The position numbers and the translations under genes were made by a program. Of a stretch of DNA of 64,000 nt, positions 19,726-28,429 are shown piece by piece. Every line of letters starts with the position of its first letter. Positions within the stretch are counted from its first letter, which is position 1. Under the pieces are notes generated by a model. That model made no database searches, was not told the origin of the DNA, and was given only the letters and a program-made list of their open reading frames with translations. The stretch comes from an uncultured Chloroflexia bacterium (GTDB lineage Bacteria; Chloroflexota; Limnocylindria; Limnocylindrales; CSP1-4), in assembly GCA_963748625.1 (NCBI GenBank), contig CAVVJT010000010.1, positions 352,001 to 416,000 on the forward strand. Direction: 5' to 3'.

Positions 19726-20280
19726 ATGACCACCCTGCCTGACCGCCCCAACACTGCCCTCGTCGTGATCGACGTCCAGAACGGAGTCGTCGCCGACTGC
19801 TACCAGCGCGACGAGGTGGTCGCTCGGATCCGCACGCTCGTGGAGCGGGCTCGCGCCGAGGGCACCCCCGTGATCTGGGTTGCCGACAACGCCGAGGGCC
19901 GGGAGATCGGCAGCGAGCCCTGGAAGATCGTGCCCGAGCTGCCGCACGAGGACGCCGACCCCCTCATCGACAAGCAGTACGGCGACGCCTTCGAGGAGAC
20001 CGACCTCGAGGCGGTCCTGGCGCGTGCCGGCGTCGGGCGGCTCGTCGTCGCGGGCGCCCAGACGGACGCCTGCATCCGGTCCACCATCCACGGCGCCTTC
20101 ACGCGCGGCTATGACGTCACGCTCGTCAGCGATGCCCACACCACCGAGGACTTCACCGCCTGGGGCATGCCGGACCCCGCGGCGGTGATCGCGATGACCA
20201 ACATCTCGTGGCGCTACCACTCGGCGCCCGGGCGGACGGCGGCGGTCGTGGACACCGCCGAGGTGACGTTCGCCGGCTGA
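19726..20280 (+). CDS. Isochorismatase family cysteine hydrolase
   Basis: TALVVIDVQNG, DKQYGDAFEETDL, GAQTDACIRST, GYDVTLVSDAHTT. Confidence 0.93.
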   Translation: MTTLPDRPNTALVVIDVQNGVVADCYQRDEVVARIRTLVERARAEGTPVIWVADNAEGREIGSEPWKIVPELPHEDADPLIDKQYGDAFEETDLEAVLARAGVGRLVVAGAQTDACIRSTIHGAFTRGYDVTLVSDAHTTEDFTAWGMPDPAAVIAMTNISWRYHSAPGRTAAVVDTAEVTFAG

Positions 20281-20359
20281 CCCGAGAGCGCGGATCTCAT
20301 CCCTGCAAGGATGGAATCGGCCAACTATCCCCGTGCGGATCGAATCCGCCGGATGGAGA

Positions 20360-21025
20360 TCAGTAGCCCGACCAGATCCTGATGTCGCCCTTGTCGACGT
20401 GGAAGACATACGGGCAGTACATCCGGTCGTTGACCGCGGTGACGTCCGCGTGGCCGCCGCAGAACGTGTCGGTCAGGCCCTTGGATGCGCCGTCCGTGAC
20501 GATCACGCGGTAGTGGGAACAGTTCCCGAGTGGATCTGATGAGGCGGGACCGGCGACGAGGAGACACTCCCAGCCGGTGATCTCCGCTGCCGGGGCCCCC
20601 GACGTCGCCGTGAAGAAGCGCACCGTGTCGACGGTTCCCCGGGTCTGGTTGCCTGCCCAGGCGTCGTCGCCGGTCATCGAGCTGGACTCGTAATAGCCGT
20701 CACGAAGCGCCCCGGTGGCAGTCGCGTCCACCTGGAGGCGGAACATCGACGTGGCCGCGGGATCGACAAGCAGGCTGCCGATGAACGTCCCCGCGACGTG
20801 CTTCGGCATCACCTTCGCACTGGCCAGGGCGACCATGCGCTCCTTGGTGGTGCAGTGCTTCGTCGGGTAGTTGATGGCGCGCATCACGCCGGTCGTCCTG
20901 TTGACGCACGAGTACACGGTGCCGCCCGAGGAGGGGATGGCCGCCACCGCCACCGATCCGGCGACCGCGAATGCCGCGAGCACCGCACCCACGGCGATGA
21001 CACGGCGGACAGGAGAGAGCCGCAT
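20360..21025 (-). CDS. Secreted Cys-containing hypothetical protein, paralog 1
   Basis: Signal peptide MRLSPVRRVIAVGAVLAAFAVAGSVAVA; GGAGG RBS; paralog at 23741-24404. Confidence 0.8.
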   Translation of the reverse strand: MRLSPVRRVIAVGAVLAAFAVAGSVAVAAIPSSGGTVYSCVNRTTGVMRAINYPTKHCTTKERMVALASAKVMPKHVAGTFIGSLLVDPAATSMFRLQVDATATGALRDGYYESSSMTGDDAWAGNQTRGTVDTVRFFTATSGAPAAEITGWECLLVAGPASSDPLGNCSHYRVIVTDGASKGLTDTFCGGHADVTAVNDRMYCPYVFHVDKGDIRIWSGY

Positions 21026-21043
21026 GATGGGCCTCCGTCGATT

Positions 21044-21125
21044 GCCCGCGGGTCGGTCCCGCCAGTGGCTGGGCGCGGTCCCGGCGGCCGGAGTTGCGGC
21101 CCGCGCGTCATCGCCTCCCGTGACG
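21044..21125 (-). ncRNA. c-di-GMP-II-type riboswitch, copy 1
   Basis: Minus strand GGG-A-GGC-GAUGA-CGCGCGG...CGG-CCGCC...CCGCGC-CCA-GCC-ACU-GGCGG-GACCGA-CCC gives P1, P2, a k-turn-like bulge, P3, the pseudoknot CCGCC/GGCGG and the ACCGACC 3' motif of RF01786. Confidence 0.7.
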
Positions 21126-21335
21126 GTTGGATGCTGGGCGCGCGGCGACCACCGCGCCAGTGCTCGATGGCCTGTGCACAGCGCACCGATGATTACCCGC
21201 CAACCGGCGGCGGACGGCTCCAGTCTGGCCCGCGGTGCTCGTCCAGCGCGCGGGGCCACATAACAGGGGGTTGAGCCCCGATGCGTACCCTGCCGGCACC
21301 ACCCCGCCATCCACCCGCCGGTGGAGCGCACGTCC

Positions 21336-21608
21336 ATGCCCACCCTCCTGGACATCGCGGGATTCGTCTTCTACATGGTCATGTTCGACTGTCAGGAGCC
21401 GCGTCACGTCCACGTCGCACGCCGGGGCGACCGACGCGCTCCAGCCAAGTTCTGGATCGACCCGATCCGGCTCGAGACACCCGGTCGCTACAATAGCCGC
21501 GACCTCGCGAGGATCGCGAGGATCGCGAGGCTCATCGAGGAGCACCAGCCGATCCTCGTCCGGCGATGGGACGAGGAGTGCGAGCGGGCAAGGGAGAGCG
21601 GGCGATGA
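21336..21608 (+). CDS. DUF4160 family toxin
   Basis: MPTLL..GFVFY....EPRHVHV...AKFWIDP...LIEEH...W. Confidence 0.85.
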   Translation: MPTLLDIAGFVFYMVMFDCQEPRHVHVARRGDRRAPAKFWIDPIRLETPGRYNSRDLARIARIARLIEEHQPILVRRWDEECERARESGR

Positions 21609-21886
21609 TCCAGCCGGCGGTCGTGCGGGATGTCCGCGTTTCGGATCACCTCATCACCATGGTGCTCAAGGACGGTCGCGAGGTGTCGGTGCCAACCGCG
21701 TGGTCGGATCGGCTGTCACGCGCCACCCGGGAGGACCGCGAGCACTTCGTGATCGACGGTGACGGCATGATCGTCGCCTGGCCCGACATCGACGAGCACA
21801 TCGGCGTGTGGACGATGCTGGGCGTGCCCGAGGAAGAGGTGTTCGCGGCCGCCGGGCTTCGCGTGTCGGCCAGCACCCGAGGGTAG
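21605..21886 (+). CDS. DUF2442 family antitoxin
   Basis: LKDGREVSVPTAWSDRLSRAT...WPDIDEHI; ATGA overlap. Confidence 0.85.
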   Translation: MIQPAVVRDVRVSDHLITMVLKDGREVSVPTAWSDRLSRATREDREHFVIDGDGMIVAWPDIDEHIGVWTMLGVPEEEVFAAAGLRVSASTRG

Positions 21887-21962
21887 CGGCACTGGGCCGG
21901 GGTGGCAGTCAAGGGGATCCGGCGAGCCGCGAAGAGCCTCGCGTCGGGCGGCTGGTGGTCAC

Positions 21963-22000
21963 CGGCGCCCAGCCGGACGGCGGCGGTCGTGGACACGGCC
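21963..22000 (+). repeat. Duplicate of the isochorismatase 3' end (20222-20259)
   Basis: cggcgccc....ggacggcggcggtcgtggacac.gcc occurs at both sites. Confidence 0.7.
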
Positions 22001-22010
22001 CCGCGGGGCC

Positions 22011-23366
22011 TCAGACCACCTGGCGTGGCACCGTCGCAGCGAGTCCGTCGTCGAGCCACGCGAGCGCCCACCGGGCGAACGACGACCCGGCGCCCACGAG
22101 CCCCCAGCCCGGGCCGGGTTCGAGCGACGCCACGATTCGCCGGTAGCTCTCGACCTGGTGGAGCGCGCCGACCGGCAACGCAAGCCGCGCCGCCTCCTCG
22201 AGGTCCGCGCGAGGGGCGGCATCGGCCCAGGCGGCGAGCCATGCGTCGAGCATCGACTGCCGGGCTGCCACGTCCCTCACCCGATTGAACCAGGTCGCCA
22301 GGTCCGTGAACGGGTGGCCGATGGCTGCGTCCGACCAGTCGATGATCACGACCCGCTCGTCCGTCTGCAGGATGTTCCATGGGTGGAAGTCCCCGTGCAC
22401 GACCGTGGGTCCCGGGCCAAGCGTTGCCAGGCGCTCGCAGGCATCCCCGAGGCGCGGTGCGGCGCGGCGGAACCGCGGGCCGATGTCGTCCGCAAAGCCT
22501 GCGACGAACTCGCTGTCGAGCAGCTCGGGGAGTGACGCGGCAAGCGCCATGGGACCACGGTCCTCGAGCATGATGCCGTCCAGCCCATCGATCGTCGCCC
22601 GCTGGATCGCCGCCAGCGCGCCGAGCGATGCCGACCAGGTGTCAACCGGCTGATTGCCGACGACGACGCCGCCGGCATCACGCATGAGCAGCCACCCCTC
22701 GGCGGCATCGGTGGCGAGAACCTCGGGAACCGAGCCCGGGACCGCGTGGTGGAGCGCCGCGGTCGCGGCGGGCTCGGCATCGAACACCCGAGCGCAGGCC
22801 TTCATGAATGCGCGCCCGTCCGTCGTGTCGGCCCGCAGCACCGCCGAGATCGGCCACAGCATCTCGACGGTGGGCGCCGCGAGCGCGGGCGTCCCAGCCT
22901 CGTCGAGCCGGCTGATCATCCACCGGCGGGCTCGGTCCTCGAAACCCGGCAACTCCCAGCGCTGTCGTCGCGGATCGATGACGCCCGTCTCCAGCTCCGT
23001 GAGCCAGCGGGCGACGTGTGGACCCGTGACCGTGTCGCCCCGAAGCCCGTCGAGCCGGGAGTCGCCAAGCATGATCCACGTTGCGGCACCAGGACCCTCG
23101 TACGCCAACGGCTCGGCCTCAACCAGGATGTCCGTCGCCGAGCCCTCCGGATCCCCGCCGACCGGCGCGACCCGCATGATGGGGTGCGCGCTGCCGAGGT
23201 AGTGCACGAGGAGCGCCGCGATCGGCGGGTATGCGTCGACGTCGTCGATCAGCCCGAGCAGCGGCAGCCGGATCGCCCCGGTTGGGGTGATCTCGACCAG
23301 CACCGCCTGGCGGCGCGCGTCGCCGGCGAGAAGGTGCACGGGCCATTGGGCCGGGACGTCAGCCAT
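22011..23366 (-). CDS. Aminoglycoside phosphotransferase (APH)/choline kinase family protein
   Basis: Brenner motif VVHGDFHPWNIL, IIDWSDAAIGHPF, AFMKA. Confidence 0.88.
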   Translation of the reverse strand: MADVPAQWPVHLLAGDARRQAVLVEITPTGAIRLPLLGLIDDVDAYPPIAALLVHYLGSAHPIMRVAPVGGDPEGSATDILVEAEPLAYEGPGAATWIMLGDSRLDGLRGDTVTGPHVARWLTELETGVIDPRRQRWELPGFEDRARRWMISRLDEAGTPALAAPTVEMLWPISAVLRADTTDGRAFMKACARVFDAEPAATAALHHAVPGSVPEVLATDAAEGWLLMRDAGGVVVGNQPVDTWSASLGALAAIQRATIDGLDGIMLEDRGPMALAASLPELLDSEFVAGFADDIGPRFRRAAPRLGDACERLATLGPGPTVVHGDFHPWNILQTDERVVIIDWSDAAIGHPFTDLATWFNRVRDVAARQSMLDAWLAAWADAAPRADLEEAARLALPVGALHQVESYRRIVASLEPGPGWGLVGAGSSFARWALAWLDDGLAATVPRQVV

Positions 23367-23740
23367 GTCGAACCTGCTGGCCCCACCAGTGCCGTCGGCG
23401 ATGGCTGCGGCGGGCGGGGTCCCAGAACCCTACGGCTCGCCCCAGACTCGCGCAAGGGTGATGGCCTCACGCGTGCCCGGTCGCATCGTCTCCCGCGTAC
23501 CGGTCGGCCAGCGGGAACTGCGATCCCGGCGTGCCCGGTCGGCCAGCGGGACCTGTGTGCGGGATTCCGCACGGTCTGCCCGCCTGGCGACCGGAAACGC
23601 TCGATCCGCGCCTGAATCCGACTGCCTTGCCCGCTGTCCGGGCCGCCTGTGCAGGATTCCGTCGTAAGGCCCGCTGGGCGGCAGCGGAAGCGAGAGTCGG
23701 GCGCCAGCGCGCCAGCGGGCGCCCGACCTCCGGACGGTGA

Positions 23741-24404
23741 TCAGTAGCCTGACCAGATCCTGATGTCGCCCTTGTCGACCTTCCATACGTACGGGCAGTA
23801 CAGATCGGTGGGTAGGCGACGTGACGTCAGCGCTGCCGCCGCAGAAGGTGTCGGCCAGCCCCTTCGACGCGCCGTCCGTGACGATCACTCGGTAGTGGAT
23901 GCAGGTCCCGACCGGGTCTGGGCCGGCGGGATCCCTGTCCAGGAGGCACTCCCAGCCGGTGATCTCCGCGGCGGGGGCCCCCGAGGTCGCCGTGAAGAAG
24001 CGGAGGGTGTCGACAGTTCCCCGGGTCTGGTTGTGCGACGAGTCGTCCGGTCCGCCCATCCCGTTGGACTCGTAGATCCCGTCACGCAGTGCACCGGTGG
24101 CGGTCGCGTCCACCTGGATGCGGTACATCGCGGTGAGCGCGGGATCGGCGTAGCTGCCGATGAAGGTCCCGGCCACGTGCTTGGGCATCACCTTCGCACT
24201 CGCCAGGGCGACCATGCGCTCCTTGGTGGTGCAGTGCTTCGTCGGGTAGTTGATGGCGCGCATCACCCCGGTCGTCCTGTTGACGCACGAGTACACGGTG
24301 CCGCCCGAGGAGGGGATGGCCGCCACCGCCACCGATCCGGCGACCGCGAATGCCGCGAGCACCGCACCCACGGCGATGACACGGCGGACAGGAGAGAGCC
24401 GCAT
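23741..24404 (-). CDS. Secreted Cys-containing hypothetical protein, paralog 2 (frameshift near 23810)
   Basis: First ~84 aa identical to paralog 1; the C-terminal YCPYVWKVDKGDIRIWSGY* lies in a shifted frame. Confidence 0.78.
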
Positions 24405-24422
24405 GATGGGCCTCCGTCGATT

Positions 24423-24504
24423 GCCCACGGGTCGGTCCCGCCAGTGGCTGGGCGCGGTCCCGGCGGCCGGAGTTGCGGCCCGCGCGTCATCGCCTCCCGT
24501 GACG
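24423..24504 (-). ncRNA. c-di-GMP-II-type riboswitch, copy 2
   Basis: Same as copy 1; P1 pairs perfectly here (CACGGG/CCCGUG). Confidence 0.72.
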
Positions 24505-24662
24505 GTTGGATGCTGGACGCGCGGCGACCACCGCGCCAGTGCTCGATGGCCCGGTGCACAGCGCACCGATGATTACCCGCCAACCGGTGGCGGACGGTGA
24601 GCCGTGAGCAGCCTTGCGTCGGGTGGCTGTATCGTCGACGCCCCAACCGAGGAGGACTGCTG

Positions 24663-25226
24663 ATGCGCCGCGTGACCTATGCCATGGGCGTCTCGCTCGA
24701 CGGCTACATCGTCGGGCCGGACGGCGGCTTCGACTGGACGACGCCCGACGCGGATGTCTTCCGCTTCTGGATCGAGGAGACTCGAGAGCTCGGCGTCCAC
24801 CTGATGGGACGGCGGCTGTACGAGACGATGCTGTACTGGGAGACCGCCGACCAGGATCCATCGATCGACGACGCGGAGCTCGAGTGGACCGCGCTCTGGA
24901 AGCCGCTCCCGAAGGTGGTGTTCTCCACCACGCTGTCGGCGGTGCAGGGCAATGCCCGCCTGGCGTCGGGCGGCCTGGCCGAGGAGATCGAGCGGTTGCG
25001 AGCCGAGCCCGGGGAGGGCGACATCGCGATCGGCGGCGCGACGCTCGCTGCCGAGGCCGCGGCGTTGGACCTGATCGACGAGTACCGGGCCGTGGTCCAC
25101 CCGGTGCTGGTCGGCGGTGGCATCCCGTTCTTCCCGCAGCGCGAGCGCCACGTGGATCTCGAGTTCGTCGAGACCCGCACCTTCAGCTCGAAGTTCGTCT
25201 ACCTCCGCTACCGCGTGGCGCGCTAA
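24663..25226 (+). CDS. Dihydrofolate reductase/RibD C-terminal domain family protein
   Basis: SLDGYIVGPDG, LMGRRLYE, PKVVFSTTL, IGGATLA, LIDEY...HPVLVGGG. Confidence 0.93.
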   Translation: MRRVTYAMGVSLDGYIVGPDGGFDWTTPDADVFRFWIEETRELGVHLMGRRLYETMLYWETADQDPSIDDAELEWTALWKPLPKVVFSTTLSAVQGNARLASGGLAEEIERLRAEPGEGDIAIGGATLAAEAAALDLIDEYRAVVHPVLVGGGIPFFPQRERHVDLEFVETRTFSSKFVYLRYRVAR

Positions 25227-25290
25227 CCCTGGCCGGGGCGTCGGCCGGGCGGCATCCACCGTCAGGACCTGTGGTCAGGCCGCACCCCCA

Positions 25291-25399
25291 CCCCAACTGT
25301 GGGGGATTCCGGCCGCTCGCCCTCGTGGCTCACCCACCGGATCGACAAACGGGAGGTCGAGCCATGCGTCGAACACGGCCAGACGCCCCATAGCTGGGG
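25291..25399 (-). repeat. 109-bp MITE/REPIN-like element, copy C (inverted)
   Basis: Ends ccccaactgtgggg and ccccatagctgggg; reverse complement aligns ungapped to copy B (gct.gacc.cc, tgagcc). Confidence 0.72.
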
Positions 25400-25455
25400 G
25401 GCGGACGCGGCCGCCGATGCCGTACCTCGCGTCCGACGGGTGAAGTCGGCTGACC

Positions 25456-25500
25456 GGGTGGCCGACGGGGTGGCCGACGGGGTGGCCGACGGGGTGGCTG
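25456..25500. repeat. 12-bp tandem repeat gggtggccgacg, about 4 copies
   Basis: Read directly from the sequence. Confidence 0.85.
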
Positions 25501-25670
25501 AGCTGCTGCGGGCCTCGATGCTCCCGGCCAATCCCATCCCTGCGGGTGTGTGAAACCTTCCGGTTATGGAGGATCGCCAGGCGTGTCCTCACCCCGACCC
25601 AAATGTCAACTATCTCAACAGGATGAAGCAGCCTGTCACATGGAGCCGACGGCCAGCAGGAGGGCGTCGA

Positions 25671-25961
25671 TCAGGCAGGCTGTCGCGGGCGGAGCACGGG
25701 CGCGGGCCGGCGCGAAGCCTCATCGGCCGGCGTGGGGCCATCCCAGATGAGCGTTTCGGGCGCGATGTCCACGCCACCGGGCCAGACCAGCGTGCCATAG
25801 GCGACGGCCACCTCGGCGAAGCGCCGGTCATCGGCGGCGATCGGGTCGAAGAGCGGGCCGCGGAGCAGGTCGGTGAGGTCGCGCTCGATCACGGCGCCGT
25901 CCGACAGCGTGAGGCGCACCGACCGGCCGGCCAGGGGCTGTGCGGCAACGATCTCGAGCAT
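25671..25961 (-). CDS. Orphan DUF2442 family antitoxin-like protein
   Basis: VRLTLSDGAVIERDL..LLRGPLFDP...F..V.V.YGTLVWPGGVDIAPETL; TAGCAT -10 box 7 nt before the ATG. Confidence 0.82.
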   Translation of the reverse strand: MLEIVAAQPLAGRSVRLTLSDGAVIERDLTDLLRGPLFDPIAADDRRFAEVAVAYGTLVWPGGVDIAPETLIWDGPTPADEASRRPAPVLRPRQPA

Positions 25962-26050
25962 GGCGAGGATGCTAGTCGAGCGGGTCGATGCGTGCCAGCG
26001 GCAGCTGGTCCCGGGCCCCAGGGACGGTGCGGTGTCAGCGACCGCACCAA

Positions 26051-26338
26051 TCACCGCGACGCAGCCTCATCGTCATCGGCGTAAGCCTCGAGGAGCGAGC
26101 GCAGCACCTGGCTGATCGTGCGTCCTTCCGACGCCGCGCGGGCAGCCGCCCGATCGCGCAGGCGGGCCGGAACCCGAACGGAGATCCGGGGCGAGTGCTC
26201 CCCACTCGCAGCATCGAGGAACGGCCGGCCACGATGCAGTCGCAGCGTCGAGGGCTCGAACCCCCGCTCGGCTTCGGCCGCAAGTGCATCGATCTCGGCT
26301 TCGGTGAGGGTGCGTCCGCTCCTCGTGGTCACTGCCAT
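26051..26338 (-). CDS. CopG/RHH antitoxin
   Basis: LTEAEIDALAAEAERG...GRP...SPRISVRVPARLRDRAAARAASEGRTISQVLR. Confidence 0.82.
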   Translation of the reverse strand: MAVTTRSGRTLTEAEIDALAAEAERGFEPSTLRLHRGRPFLDAASGEHSPRISVRVPARLRDRAAARAASEGRTISQVLRSLLEAYADDDEAASR

Positions 26339-26580
26339 CGCATCACCTGCCGGTACAGCGGCATGTACGACCGTCGCATGTGCATCGCGTGGATCACGAG
26401 CAACCCCCCGTCAGCAAGCTCGATGACGACGATCTCGAGTGGGATGCCGCGCTGATCCGGGCCGACGACGAGGACCGTGGCGTTGTCCTGCTCGAGCCAG
26501 GCCTGGGCATGGGCGAGGACGTAGGCGACTCGATCGCGGGCGACGCCATGCCTCGCGGCGGACGGATGAAATCGGAGCAT
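26329..26580 (-). CDS. Putative BrnT/RelE-fold toxin
   Basis: SAARHGV...VGPDQRGIPLEIVV...LLVIHAM; upstream of and overlapping the RHH gene. Confidence 0.75.
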   Translation of the reverse strand: MLRFHPSAARHGVARDRVAYVLAHAQAWLEQDNATVLVVGPDQRGIPLEIVVIELADGGLLVIHAMHMRRSYMPLYRQVMRWQ

Positions 26581-26751
26581 CGATCCATTTCCGTATTATG
26601 TCAGTCACAACCCGCCAGTCAACCCGGCTGTACCTGTGCTGGGAACGGCCCCAGTGATCACACTCAGGACGACGCAGCGTTGTCGTCATCGGCGGGCGAC
26701 ATCGGACGGGCTGGCCAGCCGCCGACGGCTCCCGGTCGCTCATGGGACCGA

Positions 26752-27108
26752 TCAGTGCGTCTCCCGCGGCGGGCCGAGCGAGACGCGCGTCACCCACACC
26801 GTCCGTCTCCCGGTATCGACGCAGTACCAGACTCGTCCAGCGGCGCTGATCTCGTGTTGCCACTGCGGGAGCCTCGCCTCGCCGATCCTGGCCTCGTGCA
26901 GCGGCGGCTTGAGGCGGTGCGTCCGCGCCGGGTTGTCGGAGCGGTCGAGAGGACGCGTCCGCAGGCGCTCTCGAACAGCCGCCATCAGCACCGGCTCGAT
27001 GGCGACCGCATCCTCCCACTGGCGCTGGGCGGTCCGGCTGGCCGGGCGGAGCACCCAGTGCTCGCCCGATCGCTCGGACCGGCCCGCGGGAGGCGGTCGC
27101 GGCGTCAC
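26752..27108 (-). CDS. Putative RelE-like toxin
   Basis: THRLKPPL...LPQWQHEISAAGRVWYCVD..RRTVWV....GPPRETH. Confidence 0.72.
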   Translation of the reverse strand: MTPRPPPAGRSERSGEHWVLRPASRTAQRQWEDAVAIEPVLMAAVRERLRTRPLDRSDNPARTHRLKPPLHEARIGEARLPQWQHEISAAGRVWYCVDTGRRTVWVTRVSLGPPRETH

Positions 27109-27575
27109 AGGACGATGTCGTGCAGCGGCTCCGGCGCGCCCTCCAAGAGCTGCTCGCGGGTCTCCGGGTCAGCCCAGGATTCGGCCGTCGCCCGCCAGTC
27201 TCCGAGAAGCAACTCCACGTTGCGCAGGGAGATGCCCGATGCGGCGAGGAGGAGCGCTTCGGCCATCTCCGCGAAGAACTGCTGCTGCGCCCCGGCCGGC
27301 AGGACGCTCACCCACCCAAGGTCACCGAAGCTGGAGGCCGGCGCTCCGCCCGCGAAGATGGCCAGGGCCGCCCGAACGAGGTCCAGGGCCAGGTCCGCGA
27401 TGTCGCGCTCCCGGTCCAGCTCGTCCACGGGCGCAAGGCGGAGTGCCAGCCCATCCTTGTCCCGGATCAGCGCTCCCCCTCGCCGCGCGGCATCAAGCAC
27501 CTCCCGGTGGTTGCGCGCGAGATCAGTCGCCTGGTACGCGACGGCAGGCGAGATTGTCATCGTTCCATGCCTCAT
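27105..27575 (-). CDS. Phd/YefM-like antitoxin
   Basis: ATDLARNHREVLDAA...LIRDKDG...WRATAESWADP; GTGA overlap with the toxin; start may be 27560. Confidence 0.7.
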   Translation of the reverse strand: MRHGTMTISPAVAYQATDLARNHREVLDAARRGGALIRDKDGLALRLAPVDELDRERDIADLALDLVRAALAIFAGGAPASSFGDLGWVSVLPAGAQQQFFAEMAEALLLAASGISLRNVELLLGDWRATAESWADPETREQLLEGAPEPLHDIVL

Positions 27576-27633
27576 CTGCGCATGATCATACGCACGATCA
27601 TCGTCGTCAAGACCAAGCTGAGCGCCGGTGCCT

Positions 27634-27973
27634 TGGTCGATGCCGGCGGCGGGCGAGAGTCGACCATACGAACGGCGGCTTACGCGGGCTTATGCCGGAG
27701 CTCCCCCGGTCTTAGCGACCCCGGGGCCACACCGTGTCGATGTACACGCCGGCCAGGTCCACCAGCACCGGCGCCAGCTCGCGCGTCGCGAACGGCTGCC
27801 CCATCGCGATCGCCTCCTCGGCCGGCCACTCCCGCCAGATGTGAAGGTCATGCCACTGCGTGCGATCGAGCTTCGCCAGGCGGTCGAGCAGCGCGTCCCA
27901 GCCCGTCGCGATCCGCCGGCCGCCATCGACCGACCGCAGCACCAGCTCCCCGTCCTCGAGGCGTGCCCGGAAG
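27634..27973 (-). repeat. Duplicated 3' end (~85 codons) and downstream flank of the anchor gene (matches 36449-36788)
   Basis: 340-bp near-identical segment encoding ...LEDGELVLRSVDGGRRIATGWDALLDRLAKLDRTQWHDLHIWREWP...WPRGR*. Confidence 0.93.
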
Positions 27974-27992
27974 TGATCGTGTTGGCGTGCCT

Positions 27993-28226
27993 TCAGGCGA
28001 AGACGCGGAAGTGGCGCTCGTCCAGCAGACGGGCAACGTCGGCGCGATGGGGCACGTTGTCCAGATCGATCCCCAGGCTGACGTCCAGAAACTCGACGCC
28101 GATGGGGATCCCATCGGCCGCATAGTCCACGTTGACCCGGTCTGTGAGCTGATCGGTGCGGTCAACGTCGCGGCGCTCGAAGTACACGTACACCGCGTCT
28201 GCCGTTTCGTCGTAGGTCAGATACAT
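27993..28226 (-). CDS. DUF2283 family antitoxin-like protein
   Basis: MYLTYDETADAVYVYF...VNVDYAADGIPIGVEFLD. Confidence 0.88.
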   Translation of the reverse strand: MYLTYDETADAVYVYFERRDVDRTDQLTDRVNVDYAADGIPIGVEFLDVSLGIDLDNVPHRADVARLLDERHFRVFA

Positions 28227-28414
28227 GGCGCTCCCGTCCTGATGATGGTCACGGTGATGCACCTGTCAACCGACACGGGCCGCACGACGACCTTGACGCG
28301 ACGTCCGCCACCGCAACCCCACACGATCCAGCGTCCATGATGCCCGGGCTCGAGATCCGTGGAGCCCCTGACGATCGCCTCGATGGCTTCTTCCGTGCCG
28401 ACAATCTCCGCCCT
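28217..28414 (-). pseudogene. 5'-truncated DUF4258-like toxin
   Basis: Startless frame ...TEEAIEAIVRGSTDLEPGHHGRWIVWGCGGGRRVKVVV....CITVTII overlapping the DUF2283 start. Confidence 0.55.
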
Positions 28415-28429
28415 TCAGACGGAGATCGG

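Noticed and set aside
20360-24404. Diversity-generating retroelement (TR/VR pair) explaining the two secreted paralogs
   Set aside because: Differences include many synonymous G/C changes and indels rather than adenine-specific substitutions; both copies are full genes and no reverse transcriptase is present
26579-26606. dif/pdif site (TTATGTCAGTC resembles a XerD arm)
   Set aside because: No XerC arm ending in TAA at 6-bp spacing; better explained as a CATAAT -10 box on the minus strand for the toxin gene
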